This document shows positions 8,404 through 19,700 of a stretch of 64,000 nt of DNA, piece by piece (within the stretch, counting starts at the first letter, position 1; every line of letters begins with the position of its first letter). Both the position numbers and the translations under genes were made by a program. The DNA lies in contig OZ244052.1 in assembly GCA_965215125.1 (NCBI GenBank), positions 1,696,001 to 1,760,000 of the forward strand, given 5' to 3'. This DNA is from an uncultured candidatus Porisulfidus sp. GTDB taxonomy: Bacteria; Pseudomonadota; Gammaproteobacteria; Poriferisulfidales; Oxydemutatoraceae. Below the pieces are notes generated by a model. It had not been told where the DNA came from. It ran no database searches and saw only the letters and a list, made by a program, of their open reading frames with translations.

Positions 8404-10995
8404 TTATAGAATATTTTGAATCTTTTGCCTCCAATCTGCTTCCATTAAAATTTTAAAAATCATGTTTGTCTCATTTTCGGAGGCGGTCTCTACGGTACCG
8501 ATATTGACATTGTCATCGTCGGCATATTTCTCCAGCAATTCAAAAAGCTTTGTCTTATATTCGGTGTCCGAGTTGCCTTTCAAATGGTCTCCTTTGGTTT
8601 CCAAAACGGCGACCTTATCGGCGTTGTTTGAGTCGACACAAGCCAGAAAATCAGGATACACTTTTCGTGCTTGCCATCCTTGAAGATAATAGTCTTGTTT
8701 TGCTACTATTCTGTGCCACCACTTAAGTGCTTCTCTTTCATCAAGATACCAAGCTATATCTTTTTCCAGTTTGTTATAGTGTTTCTCGTAAGTTTTTTCG
8801 AACAGAGTTAATTGCAAAGGGTCTCCATCTCTTTTCTTTAAAGTTTTGTCGTTTTTTGAAACGAAGAAATCAATTCTAATTGCCATTTTCCAGTTAAGAT
8901 CAATGGAGTCCTTAAATACCTTAAAGCAAATATCTCCGTTTTCTAATTTATCGGTAAAAATTTTCTCCGAGACTTTGTTAACCTGATCTTTTATATCTTT
9001 TTCAATAGCATCGAGCAAAAAGGTTCCGTTGACATAAATCTTTTCATCGGAGATACGCTTAGCTTTCAGGGCACTTATAGTTTCTTCTAGAATTCTGGAC
9101 GCTTGCCATGGATTCGGCACGGTATCGGAAAGTCGTCTCACCATATAAGCAAAATTTATTTCTGCAGATTCTTGTTTTGTTTTCATGGTGTCGTGAGCAA
9201 ATTTAAGTTGTCCTTTGTCGTCTTCTATATCCATCTTGACATGATTCACTCTAAGTTTGTCGATGTCTTCGGGTTTGAAAGCATCTTTGTTGCGGTACGA
9301 AATCTTGGAAAAGTCAATGTTCTGGAGGATGTCCGATTCGTATCTGATATTTCTCCATAATTTTTTATCTTTATGGAGGACTTTGGGCAAGAAAACTTTG
9401 GTTCGCTTAAATCCGGTTCTCCTGTTTATCGTCTCTTTATCAAACTTGCTATCTCCTCCTTTGATATGGTCTATCAAATCACCCATGCCTTCTTCTTGTA
9501 GACCTTTCTTTATTCCTTCTACTACTTCTCCTACGGTTGGGTTATAACAGAAAACATAACTCTCGTTTAAGGACTCATAAGAAGTTTGCCGGGCATCGGG
9601 TTGTCTTAAAATTCTGCCGATTAGTTGCGTCAATGCTTTTTTGGATTGGGCATTGGATAAGATTGCCAGCACATAAGCATACGGACAATCCCAACCCTCC
9701 TGAAGGGCATGTTTGGTAATAATAAATCTAACTTGTGAGGTTTCACTTAGTAGGCTTTCGTCTTTGAGTTCATTTCTTTCTGCAGTCTTTATTTTGATGG
9801 CACCCTCATCGACACCGAGTTTTTCAATTAAGTACGTCCTAACATCTTCGGTATGAATAAACCGCCTTTCTCTTTGTTCTTTTCCGGTTCTCTCCACTTG
9901 TATCAGCATGATAGGGCGAATGTATCGTTCGGATTCTTGATAATGATGTTCACAGTCGTCGTTGAGTTGTTGTATTTTTTCGTAGGCTTTGCACAAAGTC
10001 TGTTTCCAGTTCCATTTGTCGGAGTTGATGATATTTATGGGAAGTTTGATCATTTCTTCTTCCTTTAATTTTATCCCCGAGACGCTTACCAGTATATTAC
10101 TCAGATGTTTCCTTATATTGGGGGTTGCAGAAAGTTCTAAAATAAATCTCGGATTTAAGCCGCAAATTGTATTTCTGGCCAAATCGGAATAAGCGCGATG
10201 GCCTTCGTCTAAAATAACAATAGGGCGGGTTATACGTATGGCGTTTCCTAAGCTATGCTTTACGGAAATACGCTTGGCATTGGACACCTTCATTTCATAC
10301 TCATGGCAATCCAGATTTTTGGTGCTATTGAGTAAATTGTTATTTGCATCGTAATCGTCGGATCGGGGGAACAAAGAAATAAAATTTCCCGAGTCCTTAA
10401 AAACCCGCAATGATTCTTTGGTCTCTCTATTTGTAGATTGGAGCATCATGACCATAATGCAGAGATAATTTTGTATATCTTGAGACGAAAAGGCACTCGT
10501 CTTTTCGAGGATTTTAACTCGACCCGCAGCGGCTCTTTCAAAAATATTCCTATACGGATGGTTTCTATTTTTGAAATTTTTTATGGTTTGTCTATAAATA
10601 GCTTCGGTGGGAACAATCCATAAAACCAACCCGGTATTTTTTGAGAAATAATCGGTGTTGATTCTTTCAACAGCGTATACTCCCAGCAGAGTTTTGCCTC
10701 CACCGGTGGGAACCTTCAAACAGATATTAGGAATTAGGTTACCTAAACCGTCTTTTTTTTCTATGTAGCGTAGCGTTTGAGTATTGCCTTTGCTGTCCTT
10801 GAATTGCGGTAATTTCCCTTCTTCGTTCAATTGCTCCCATGTCTCACGACAATACTTTTCTATTTCTCTATTTCTTTTGCGACTTTTATGAAATTCTACC
10901 TCCTCTTTCTCTTCTATGTATTTCGTTTTGAGTGTTTGCAAATAATAGTCCAGCTGTTCTAAAACGAGTTCTTGAAATTCTTTCAACTGTATCAT
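8404..10995 (-). CDS. res: Type III restriction enzyme Res subunit (SF2 helicase plus PD-(D/E)XK nuclease)
   Basis: VPTGGGKT (Walker A), ILDEGH, LQEGWD, QLIGRILR and C-terminal YPDF...LETKG. Overlaps the mod stop by 4 nt. Visibly AT-richer than the flanks. Confidence 0.88.
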   Translation of the reverse strand: MIQLKEFQELVLEQLDYYLQTLKTKYIEEKEEVEFHKSRKRNREIEKYCRETWEQLNEEGKLPQFKDSKGNTQTLRYIEKKDGLGNLIPNICLKVPTGGGKTLLGVYAVERINTDYFSKNTGLVLWIVPTEAIYRQTIKNFKNRNHPYRNIFERAAAGRVKILEKTSAFSSQDIQNYLCIMVMMLQSTNRETKESLRVFKDSGNFISLFPRSDDYDANNNLLNSTKNLDCHEYEMKVSNAKRISVKHSLGNAIRITRPIVILDEGHRAYSDLARNTICGLNPRFILELSATPNIRKHLSNILVSVSGIKLKEEEMIKLPINIINSDKWNWKQTLCKAYEKIQQLNDDCEHHYQESERYIRPIMLIQVERTGKEQRERRFIHTEDVRTYLIEKLGVDEGAIKIKTAERNELKDESLLSETSQVRFIITKHALQEGWDCPYAYVLAILSNAQSKKALTQLIGRILRQPDARQTSYESLNESYVFCYNPTVGEVVEGIKKGLQEEGMGDLIDHIKGGDSKFDKETINRRTGFKRTKVFLPKVLHKDKKLWRNIRYESDILQNIDFSKISYRNKDAFKPEDIDKLRVNHVKMDIEDDKGQLKFAHDTMKTKQESAEINFAYMVRRLSDTVPNPWQASRILEETISALKAKRISDEKIYVNGTFLLDAIEKDIKDQVNKVSEKIFTDKLENGDICFKVFKDSIDLNWKMAIRIDFFVSKNDKTLKKRDGDPLQLTLFEKTYEKHYNKLEKDIAWYLDEREALKWWHRIVAKQDYYLQGWQARKVYPDFLACVDSNNADKVAVLETKGDHLKGNSDTEYKTKLFELLEKYADDDNVNIGTVETASENETNMIFKILMEADWRQKIQNIL

Positions 10996-12638
10996 CGGCT
11001 CACGATTTTATGAATGGCAAAGGGTAATTGACAAAAAGTAATTTTTTCTTGTGAAAGTTCTTTTAGAGAGTAAAAACAGGCAGAAGCGAAAACAATGGCT
11101 TTGCTGCATTTTTTCTGTTTCATAATTTTTTGAATAAGCTCTTTTCTTTCGAGACTTAAAGCGGAGTCGTTGCCACTTAAAAATTCTTTGTTGGGTTCAT
11201 AGATAACAAAAAAGGCGGTGTCTCCGTTCACTTTCGCAACATAAAAATTGTCGTTCGGCTTAAACTTTCCTAGGGTATTCCCGGTTGCGGTATAAAAAAC
11301 ATATTTAGAAAGTGCCTCGTAGCTGGGCAGAGATTTACCTTTTAACAAATTTTCTTCACTAACCTCGCTACCCAGAGTACAGTAAGTAAACGAACCGCCT
11401 AAACCATTTTTTAGGTTTTCGTCTTTTGCTTTGGGTACACCCTTTATAACTCTGCGAACACGCTCTGCGGTAATTTTATCGGCATAGTCTTCACACTCCA
11501 CAAGGATGAATTTGCGATTGCCGCCATCTTCTTTGTTGAGACTAAGAACCGCCTGAGCTGTGGTGCCCGAACCGGCAAACGAATCTAAAATTATTGCATC
11601 TTTTTCAGCCACAAGTTTTGTTATATATTCTATTAAAGTAGTTGGTTTAGGATTATCAAAATTGGCACTTCCCATTATTGCCTGATACGATTGTGTTGCT
11701 TTCTGTGTGTTGCCGACTTCGTCCGCCATAAGCAAGGAATTCGATATAATGCCTGATTGAATTTCGGACTTAAACTTTTTGCGCCTAGGAACATTTGTTC
11801 CTTTGGGACCAAACCATATTCTATTATCTTTGTACAGTTCCAACAATTTTTCTTTAGAATGTCGGGGATAGGTTCCTTTAGGGGCTTGCCACTTTCTTCC
11901 GTTAGGGAAGGTTATTATGTATCTGGGGGAGTTGCCACTTTTTGCATGTAACGTATGGTGAATCCAGTTCCCTCTAGGATCGTTGTCTAAATTCTTAAAC
12001 TCATCATTTTGTTCTTCGGTTCTTTCTGTTAAATGGATTTTGCATAAATCTATGTTTTTAGCGTAAGATAAAATATATTCATGGTTGACAGAAACAAATT
12101 TTGCATCGTTTTGTCTGCCGGATTTTTTATTCCATATAAAGTTTGTAATAAAGTTTTTATCATCAAAAATTTCGTCCATTATCAGTCGTAAATTATTAAT
12201 TTCGTTATCGTCAATACTAATAAAAATAACCCCGTCCTCGCTCATTAGTTCTTTCAGCAACGACAATCTAGGCCACATCATGCAAAGCCATTTGTCGTGT
12301 CTTTGCCCATCGTCCAATTCCACCGTTTTGCTCAACCATTCCTTTATCGTCGGGCTATTGACATTATCGTTATATTTCCAGCCTTCTTTGCCGGTGTTGT
12401 AGGGTGGGTCAATATAAATACACTTTATTTTCCCTGCATAGCGCGGTAGCAGAGCTTTCAATGCGTGGAGATTGTCTCCGTGAATGATTAAGTTGTCGTC
12501 AAGAGAGGGTTTTTGTTTTTTCCCTCTCTTATCTTTAGGGGGCAGAGATTTTTTTTCGTCAATCCTTAAATCGCGAAAAGGCACACCCAAGTGATAGCAA
12601 TGGATTATGGATTTTCCCTGAAAATCAAGTGTCGGCAA
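10992..12638 (-). CDS. mod: Type III R-M Mod subunit, adenine DNA methyltransferase
   Basis: IHGDNL.ALK, IYIDPPYNTG, FDNPKP and LDSFAGSGTT motifs. TTG start preceded by GGAGG. Confidence 0.9.
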   Translation of the reverse strand: MPTLDFQGKSIIHCYHLGVPFRDLRIDEKKSLPPKDKRGKKQKPSLDDNLIIHGDNLHALKALLPRYAGKIKCIYIDPPYNTGKEGWKYNDNVNSPTIKEWLSKTVELDDGQRHDKWLCMMWPRLSLLKELMSEDGVIFISIDDNEINNLRLIMDEIFDDKNFITNFIWNKKSGRQNDAKFVSVNHEYILSYAKNIDLCKIHLTERTEEQNDEFKNLDNDPRGNWIHHTLHAKSGNSPRYIITFPNGRKWQAPKGTYPRHSKEKLLELYKDNRIWFGPKGTNVPRRKKFKSEIQSGIISNSLLMADEVGNTQKATQSYQAIMGSANFDNPKPTTLIEYITKLVAEKDAIILDSFAGSGTTAQAVLSLNKEDGGNRKFILVECEDYADKITAERVRRVIKGVPKAKDENLKNGLGGSFTYCTLGSEVSEENLLKGKSLPSYEALSKYVFYTATGNTLGKFKPNDNFYVAKVNGDTAFFVIYEPNKEFLSGNDSALSLERKELIQKIMKQKKCSKAIVFASACFYSLKELSQEKITFCQLPFAIHKIVSR

Positions 12639-12886
12639 AATTCCTCCGTTTACCTTTTGAGGTAATGTAAAGATGATAGAATTTTTCTTTGTAGTGTTTC
12701 AAGGGCACCTCGCAGTTGTTTGGATGATATTGTATAGCATTTTTAGGTCTTCGAGGAAAGCGTAGATTCTAACTGCTTTTGACCGCAAGAGATTGATCCG
12801 AGAATATAAAAATTGACCTTCTTTTCTATAGATGGTTTCCATGAATTAAATGGATGAATGAATGTATAAATATTACAGATACGACA

Positions 12887-13181
12887 GGCCTGTTGAAAAA
12901 GTGCGGGCATTGCACAAACCCAACCGCTGTGCGCCGTGAATATTCGCAAACCGCCGTAGGGGCGGACTGGCATGTCCGCCCGTAACGTTGGCCGGCATGA
13001 TTTATACATTCATTCATCCAATTTATGGAAACCAAAACCAAATGGCGCAAGCGGTTGAGTTTGTACAGAACGGTACTTAAGGGCAGACACACAGGTCTGC
13101 CCCTACAACTCAGTGGTTATCGTAAATTCAATGGCGCAAAGCGGTTACGTTTTTGCAGAAAAGTATTTTTTCAACAGCCCC
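12887..13181. mobile_element. MITE-like composite repeat containing an inverted REP doublet
   Basis: GGCCTGTTGAAAAAGT (12887) ... TTTTTCAACAGCCCC (to 13181). REPs at 12956-12981 (+) and 13081-13106 (-). Further modules flank it at 12832-12886 and 13182-13270. Confidence 0.8.
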
Positions 13182-13307
13182 ACGCCACAACCACCCCGTG
13201 GAAAGGCTTTACATTTTGTACTATGTATCAAGGTTCTGCACAATGTCACGCCGATTGAGCCAATAGGTTAATGAGAGATGATACAATTACCTTTTTATGA
13301 GAGTGCG

Positions 13308-13589
13308 ATGGACAACAAAGATTTAGAAAAATTAGCCAAGCTGGCTCGTTTGAAAATAGCAGACGGCGAACACGAAGCGTTGGTCAGTTCCCTCAACGAG
13401 ATATTGGGTTTTGTGGAACGTTTGAACACTGCGAAGATAGAAGACATCGCACCGCTTTCTCATCCCTTGGATATGCATCAAAGGTTGCGGTCGGACGAGG
13501 TTGCAGAACCCGACGAGTCCGAGCGATTGCAAGAAATTGCACCCGATTGGCACGATAGTTTCTATACCGTTCCCAAAGTATTGGATTAG
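13308..13589 (+). CDS. gatC: Asp/Glu-tRNA amidotransferase subunit C
   Basis: LAKLARL, P..HPL...QRLR.D.V and VPKVLD motifs; first gene of gatCAB. Start could be 13278. Confidence 0.92.
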   Translation: MDNKDLEKLAKLARLKIADGEHEALVSSLNEILGFVERLNTAKIEDIAPLSHPLDMHQRLRSDEVAEPDESERLQEIAPDWHDSFYTVPKVLD

Positions 13590-13596
13590 GATTTTG

Positions 13597-15057
13597 ATGC
13601 TTGGCTATACACTAACCGAACTTGCCCGAGGGCTACGCAAGGGTGATTTTTCAAGCACCGAACTGACTCGCTTTTTTCTTGACCGCATTGAAAATCACAA
13701 CGACACCTTAAATGCGTTTATCACGGTGACCGCCGACCAAGCGTTGCAATGTGCCGAACTAGCCGATCGGCAATCGTATGACGAGCAAACCCATCCTTTA
13801 CACGGCATCCCGTTTGCGCATAAAGATTTATTTTGCACTCGGGGTGTGCGTACCAGCTGTGCTTCCAAAATGCTGGATAATTTTATTGCCCCCTACGATG
13901 CAACCGTAACGACCAAATTAAAACAGCTTTGCATGCCGATGCTGGGCAAGACCAATATGGATGAATTCGCAATGGGTTCTTCGACCGAAACCGGTTTTTA
14001 CGGTGTGGTGCATAATCCCTGGGACGAGCACTGCGTGCCGGGGGGTTCTTCGGGTGGATCGGCAGCGGCGGTTGCCGCCTCGTTGGCACCGTGCGCGACG
14101 GCAACCGACACCGGAGGCTCGATCAGACAGCCGGCAGCATTTTGCGGCATCACCGGAATCAAACCCACCTACGGGCGAGTCTCGCGCTACGGCATGGTTG
14201 CTTATGCTTCCAGTTTGGATCAAGCCGGCGTGTTGGCGCGCAGTGCCGAGGATTGTGCGTTATTGTTGCAAGCCATCGCCGGTTTTGACGAGAAAGATTC
14301 TACCAGCACCTCGCACCCGGTACCCGATTATGCACAGGCTTTGGGTGATGGACTCAAAGGTTTGCGTATCGGTGTGCCGCAGGAATATCTGTCCGAGGAT
14401 TTGGCACCGCAGATTGCCGATAATGTCGTTGAAGCGATAGAAGTATTCAAAGATCTGGGATGTGAGATTGTGGATTTGAATCTACCGGCACTGGATTATG
14501 CGGTAGCCGCCTACTACATCATTGCGCCTGCCGAATGTTCGTCTAATCTGGCGCGCTACGACGGGGTACGCTACGGCTACAGATGTAAGGATGCACACGA
14601 TCTGTCGGATTTGTATACCCGTTCACGCGCCGAAGGTTTCGGAGACGAGACCAAGCGTCGTATTCTAATCGGCACCTATGTATTGTCGGCAGGTTATTAC
14701 GATGCGTATTATTTGAAAGCGCAAAAGGTGCGGCGCCTAATCAGAGACGATTTTATGAACGCTTTGGAAAAAGCCGATGCGTTAATCGCCCCGGTATCGC
14801 CGACCACCGCATTTAAGATAGGAGAGAAAATCTCCGATCCGGTGACGATGTATTTATCCGACATCTATACGATTGCAGTGAACTTGGCAGGGGTGCCGGC
14901 GATCGCTTTGCCTTCCGGCTTTATCGACAATAAACCGTTGAGCGTACAATTAATAGGTAGACATTTCGACGAACTTACTTTGTTTAAGCTGGCGCATCGC
15001 TATCAACAACAAACCGACTGGCATCGGACGATGCCCGAACACTATAAAAACGCATGA
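13597..15057 (+). CDS. gatA: Asp/Glu-tRNA amidotransferase subunit A
   Basis: [38 protein letters not shown] and SSNLARYDG. Confidence 0.97.
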   Translation: MLGYTLTELARGLRKGDFSSTELTRFFLDRIENHNDTLNAFITVTADQALQCAELADRQSYDEQTHPLHGIPFAHKDLFCTRGVRTSCASKMLDNFIAPYDATVTTKLKQLCMPMLGKTNMDEFAMGSSTETGFYGVVHNPWDEHCVPGGSSGGSAAAVAASLAPCATATDTGGSIRQPAAFCGITGIKPTYGRVSRYGMVAYASSLDQAGVLARSAEDCALLLQAIAGFDEKDSTSTSHPVPDYAQALGDGLKGLRIGVPQEYLSEDLAPQIADNVVEAIEVFKDLGCEIVDLNLPALDYAVAAYYIIAPAECSSNLARYDGVRYGYRCKDAHDLSDLYTRSRAEGFGDETKRRILIGTYVLSAGYYDAYYLKAQKVRRLIRDDFMNALEKADALIAPVSPTTAFKIGEKISDPVTMYLSDIYTIAVNLAGVPAIALPSGFIDNKPLSVQLIGRHFDELTLFKLAHRYQQQTDWHRTMPEHYKNA

Positions 15058-16496
15058 ATACCGATCATTGGCAAGCGACCATCGGTCTAGAGATACACAT
15101 GCAGCTCAATACTCGTAGCAAGTTGTTCTCGGCTGCCGAAGTGCGCTACGGCGGCAAAGCGAATACGCGCACATGCATGATCGACGCGGCGTTGCCCGGC
15201 GTATTGCCGGTTGCCAACGAGGCTGCAATAGATATGGCAATTGCTTTCGGCTTGGCGGTTGAAGGAAATATCGCTACCACCACCGTGTTTGCCCGAAAAA
15301 ATTATTTTTATCCGGATTTACCCAAAGGTTATCAAATTAGTCAATACGAAAACCCGATAGTTTCCGGAGGGCGCGTTCCGATTGAACTGGAGGACGGCAG
15401 CGTTCGCTATATCTCGTTGGAACGCGCACATTTGGAAGAAGATGCCGGTAAGTTGATTCACGGCACTTACGGAGAACTCAGTTGCGTAGATCTAAATCGC
15501 GCCGGGACGGTCTTGATAGAAATAGTTTCAAAGCCGGTGATGACCAGTGCCGGTGAGGCGGTTGCGTATATGAAGCAAATACATGCGATAGGGTGTTATT
15601 TGGATATTTGCGACGGCAATATGCAGGAAGGTTCGCTGCGCTGCGATGCCAATGTATCTATCCGAGCAAAAGGAGACGACAAACTGGGTGTTCGCACCGA
15701 GACCAAAAATCTAAACTCGTTCCGCTTTATAGAAAAAGCCATACTGTATGAGATCGATCGTCAGATCGAGGTATTGGAACACGGTGGACAGGTTGTACAA
15801 GAAACCCGACTATACGACCCGGCGTTGGATGAGACGCGAGTGCTACGCAGTAAAGAGGAGGCCGAAGACTATCGCTATTTTCCCGACCCCGACCTGTTGC
15901 CGCTACGGTTGAGCGATGAACGGATTGAAGCATTGCGCGAGCGTCTTCCGGAATTAAAACATAGCCGATGCCGAAGGTTTAGCGAAGACTACGGCTTGAG
16001 TAAAGACGATGCCGAACAGCTGACCAAAACAAAAGCAACGGCGGATTATTTTGAACGATGTGTCGATCTATCCGCCGCCGGACCTAAATTGATCGCGAAT
16101 TGGATGACCACCCGGTTTGCCGCACTGTTGAACCGAGATAAACTCGGTGTAGAAGACGCACCTATAAGCCCCGAGGACTTCGGCGAACTTTTAGATAACA
16201 TAGCCGAGCAGAAGATATCCGCCAATAATGCAAAAGCCGTACTGGAAAAAATGTGGACGGACAAACGTTCTGCCGAAGATGTGATAAACGAACTGGGATT
16301 GGAACAAATCGGTGATGACTCGCAACTCGACGACATCGTCGATCAAATACTACGCGATAATCCCGAACAGGTGCAACAATACCTCTCGGGTAAGGAGAAA
16401 GTATTTGCTTATTTTATCGGTCAGGCGATGAAAGCCAGCAAAGGGAAAGCCAACCCCGGCAAATTGTCCGAGTTATTCAACGCGCGTCTCAAATAG
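15054..16496 (+). CDS. gatB: Asp/Glu-tRNA amidotransferase subunit B
   Basis: [33 protein letters not shown] and YRYFPDPDL. Confidence 0.97.
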   Translation: MNTDHWQATIGLEIHMQLNTRSKLFSAAEVRYGGKANTRTCMIDAALPGVLPVANEAAIDMAIAFGLAVEGNIATTTVFARKNYFYPDLPKGYQISQYENPIVSGGRVPIELEDGSVRYISLERAHLEEDAGKLIHGTYGELSCVDLNRAGTVLIEIVSKPVMTSAGEAVAYMKQIHAIGCYLDICDGNMQEGSLRCDANVSIRAKGDDKLGVRTETKNLNSFRFIEKAILYEIDRQIEVLEHGGQVVQETRLYDPALDETRVLRSKEEAEDYRYFPDPDLLPLRLSDERIEALRERLPELKHSRCRRFSEDYGLSKDDAEQLTKTKATADYFERCVDLSAAGPKLIANWMTTRFAALLNRDKLGVEDAPISPEDFGELLDNIAEQKISANNAKAVLEKMWTDKRSAEDVINELGLEQIGDDSQLDDIVDQILRDNPEQVQQYLSGKEKVFAYFIGQAMKASKGKANPGKLSELFNARLK

Positions 16497-16689
16497 AACC
16501 GCCGATTGAGCCGGTAGGTCAATCGGCGTAACACTGTTCAGAAACTTAGCATCGGTATGTAGGTCGAACAAGCTAGGGCTTGTTCTCATAAATGTAGGGT
16601 GATTGGATGGTGCTGACGGGACTTTTTCAACAGTCCCAGCGTGTCTGCACTAGTACGGGGTCGGTACATTCCCTTCCAAAGGAGGGGAA
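16493..16689. repeat. Cluster of repeat modules (ATAG-REP hairpin, TIR-like end, CCCCTCC/GGAGGGG module)
   Basis: ATAGAACCGCCGATTGAGCCGGTAGGTCAATCGGC at 16493-16527; ACTTTTTCAACAGTCCC at 16621-16637; GGTACATTCCCTTCCAAAGGAGGGGAA at 16663-16689. Confidence 0.7.
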
Positions 16690-16738
16690 CGGTGTGTTTC
16701 TACAGAGGGATTTTTTAGTTACCTTGTATAATTGCGTC

Positions 16739-19700
16739 ATGCTTTTAGTCCATAATTATGAACCGCAATCATACGAACAACAACGTCTATTGAAACAACT
16801 GCGGTCTATAGACCGCAACATCATCGGTATAGAAGTTGCCGAACTTTATTTTCTGCTAAGCAAAGACAATACCGGCAAAGCGTCGGAAGAACAAAGCGAA
16901 ACTATAGATATAGCGAAGGTATACAGTTTGTTGGATATTCAAGATACACACGGTGGGCAAGGGTGGCCGTGGCCGTCCGAGATAGATAATTTGCTTTATG
17001 TTGTTCCGAGACAAGGAACGATTTCGTCTTGGTCCAGCAAAGCGACCGATATTTTCAATATATGCAATATGGATTTGGTCGCTCGGATAGAGCGCGGTTT
17101 TTGTTATCGTTTGCGGTTGGATGCACGGAAATTCACATATAGCGATGCGATAAAAGCGCAGTTGCACGACCGTATGGTGGAGACGGTTTATTCCACTCGT
17201 AAAGAGATAGACGCTTGGTTGACCGCCGCACGATTACACGGGAATACGCTTCAAAACAAAAAGGTCGATAACCGGATAGCGGCTATTAGGCATCGTCAAA
17301 CACCGGTCTCGGCACAGCGTATATCGACTTTCGTGAACGACAACGGGAGCGGTTTAGGTTTATCGGAAGCGGAACTATCCCGATTTGCAAAATACTATAT
17401 CGAGGTTGAGCGCATGCCTACCGACACCGAGTTAATGATGTACGCGCAAGTCAATTCGGAACATTGTAGACACAAGCTATTCAATGCACATTGGCTACTG
17501 GATTCAAAACTTCAAGAGCAAACACTGTTCGAGATGATAAAGAGTACTCGCCACGCGCTCGATAATGTTGTATCGGCTTACGAAGACAACGCTTCGGTCA
17601 TTCGGCACGGCGCGAGTATCAATCGTTTGCAAATAGATCCGTCTTATGGGCACTATGTCTACGGCAACGAGGAACGGTTTTATTCGATCAAAGTGGAGAC
17701 GCATAATCACCCGACGGCGATCTCTCCGTTTCCGGGTGCGGCAACCGGGTCGGGTGGTGAGATCAGGGATGAGAGTGCAACCGGACAAGGTGGATGTCCG
17801 CGCATGGGTTTGGTCGGTTTTAGCTTGTCAGACCTCCATATTCCCGATTTTGAACAACCTTGGGAAGATGCACCGGTATATCCCGCACACATTGCGTCAC
17901 CGTTGCAAATAATTAGCGAAGGTCCGCTCGGTGCCGCCCGTTTCAACAACGAGTTCGGTCGTCCTTGCGTGTGTGGCTATTTTAGAACTTACGAGGGACA
18001 AGCCGAGACCTACAGATGGGGATATCACAAGCCGATCATGATTGCCGGCGGCCTAGGGAGTATTTGCAAGGAGCATATCGCCAAGCAACATTTCGATGCC
18101 GATACACCCTTGGTTGTTTTCGGTGGTCCGGCGATGCGTATCGGCTTGGGCGGCGGGTCGGCATCTTCGGTCGGTGGCGGTAGTGCTTCGCACGAATTGG
18201 ATTTTGCATCGGTACAACGCGATAACGCCGAGATGCAGCGTCGTTGTCAAGGTGTGATAGAACGGTGTACGGAAGAGTTGCATAATCCGATACGCGCGAT
18301 ACACGATGTGGGTGCAGGTGGGCTTGCCAATGCACTACCCGAGTTGGTGCACGGTGCGGGGAGAGGGGCGCATATAGACTTGCGTGCGATTCCGTGTGCC
18401 GACGACACCTTGTCGCCGATGGAGATTTGGTGTAACGAATCGCAGGAACGATATGTTGCGGCAATAGATAAGCATCTGTTGGATAGGTTCAAGACCTTTT
18501 GTGCGCGTGAGCGATGCCCTATGGCGGTAGTCGGACGAGCAGTGCCGGAGCAGACTCTGATATTGGAGGATCGCCTTTATCCCGAAGGTACCCCGCAGCG
18601 TATGCCGGTGGATATACCGATGGCGGTGTTGTTTGAAAAACCGTCCGACGATCAACGTCCGCTAAAGCGAATAACACGCACGCCCACGGTTCTCTGTCAA
18701 TGGCAAGATATAGACCTCGACGATGCGGTTGAACGAGTACTCAAGATGCCTGCCGTTGCCGCGAAGTCTTTTTTGATTACTATCGGCGATCGCAGCGTAA
18801 CCGGTTTGATACATCGCGACCAGATGGTAGGGCCGTGGCAAGTACCGGTTTCCGATGTTGCGGTATCGTTGATCGATTATACCGGGAATGGCGGTGAGGC
18901 GATGGCGATGGGAGAACGCACGCCCGTTGCGGTAGTCGACGCAGCGGCATCCGGACGGCTTGCGGTTGCCGAGGCGATATTGAATATATCGGCTGCCGAC
19001 ATACGCGAATTAAATCATATCTGCTTTTCGGCAAATTGGATGGCAGCGTGCGACTCGGCACAACAAAGATTTGATCTTTACAACACGGTGAAGGCGGTGA
19101 CGGATCTGTGTAAAGCACTTGGCATCGCAATACCGGTCGGCAAGGATTCTCTATCGATGCAAACCCGTTGGCAAGACGCAGGGCAACATTACCAAGTCAA
19201 CTCGCCGGTATCGCTCATAGTCTCCGCTTTTGCACAAGTCGCATGCGTAAAAGACACTTTGACTCCGCAGCTCGATACCCGATCGTCGGGGAATCGCATT
19301 TTTCTGATCGATGTGTCGGGCGGCGATCATCGCTTGGGTGGTTCGTGTTTGATGCAAGCGTATAAACGAAAAGCGGAACCGCCCGATTTGGATAACCCGA
19401 AACGGCTGATCGATTTTTTTGAGTTTATGCGCGAATTGCGTGATGACCGTAGAGATTGTCGCATACTGGCTTACCACGACCGTTCGGATGGTGGCTTGCT
19501 GGTTGCATTGATGGAGATGGCTTTTGCGGCACATTGTGGTGTGTGTTGCGAGTTGAGCGAGCAAGACGAATTGCTACCGGCATTATTCGGCGAGGCACCC
19601 GGCGCACTGGTACAGATCCGCGAAGACGCCACCAAGCAAATGTACGAACTTATGGAACGATATAAGGATACATTGAAGGTTCGCGAAATCGCTCACATTT

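Noticed and set aside
12500-12638. Phase-variable simple repeat in mod (phasevarion)
   Set aside because: Only short A runs (up to ~8) in an AT-rich gene; no tetra- or pentanucleotide tract or long G tract.
12743-13258. Short ORFs such as METKTKWRKR... (also 8022-8312, 25750-26007, 63298-63606)
   Set aside because: They are translations of the composite repeat with inconsistent starts and stops between copies; there is no evidence of coding.
8037-13270. CRISPR array suggested by recurring 26-35 bp palindromic repeats
   Set aside because: The repeats are dispersed, in mixed orientation and not separated by regular unique spacers; no cas genes are present. They fit REP/MITE modules.
16607-16738. 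N-terminal extensions in the ORF track for purL, yjbQ, fccB, ribE, gatA and the ttpBC fusion
   Set aside because: The extensions run through repeats, a tRNA or neighbouring genes; downstream ATGs match the family N-termini.
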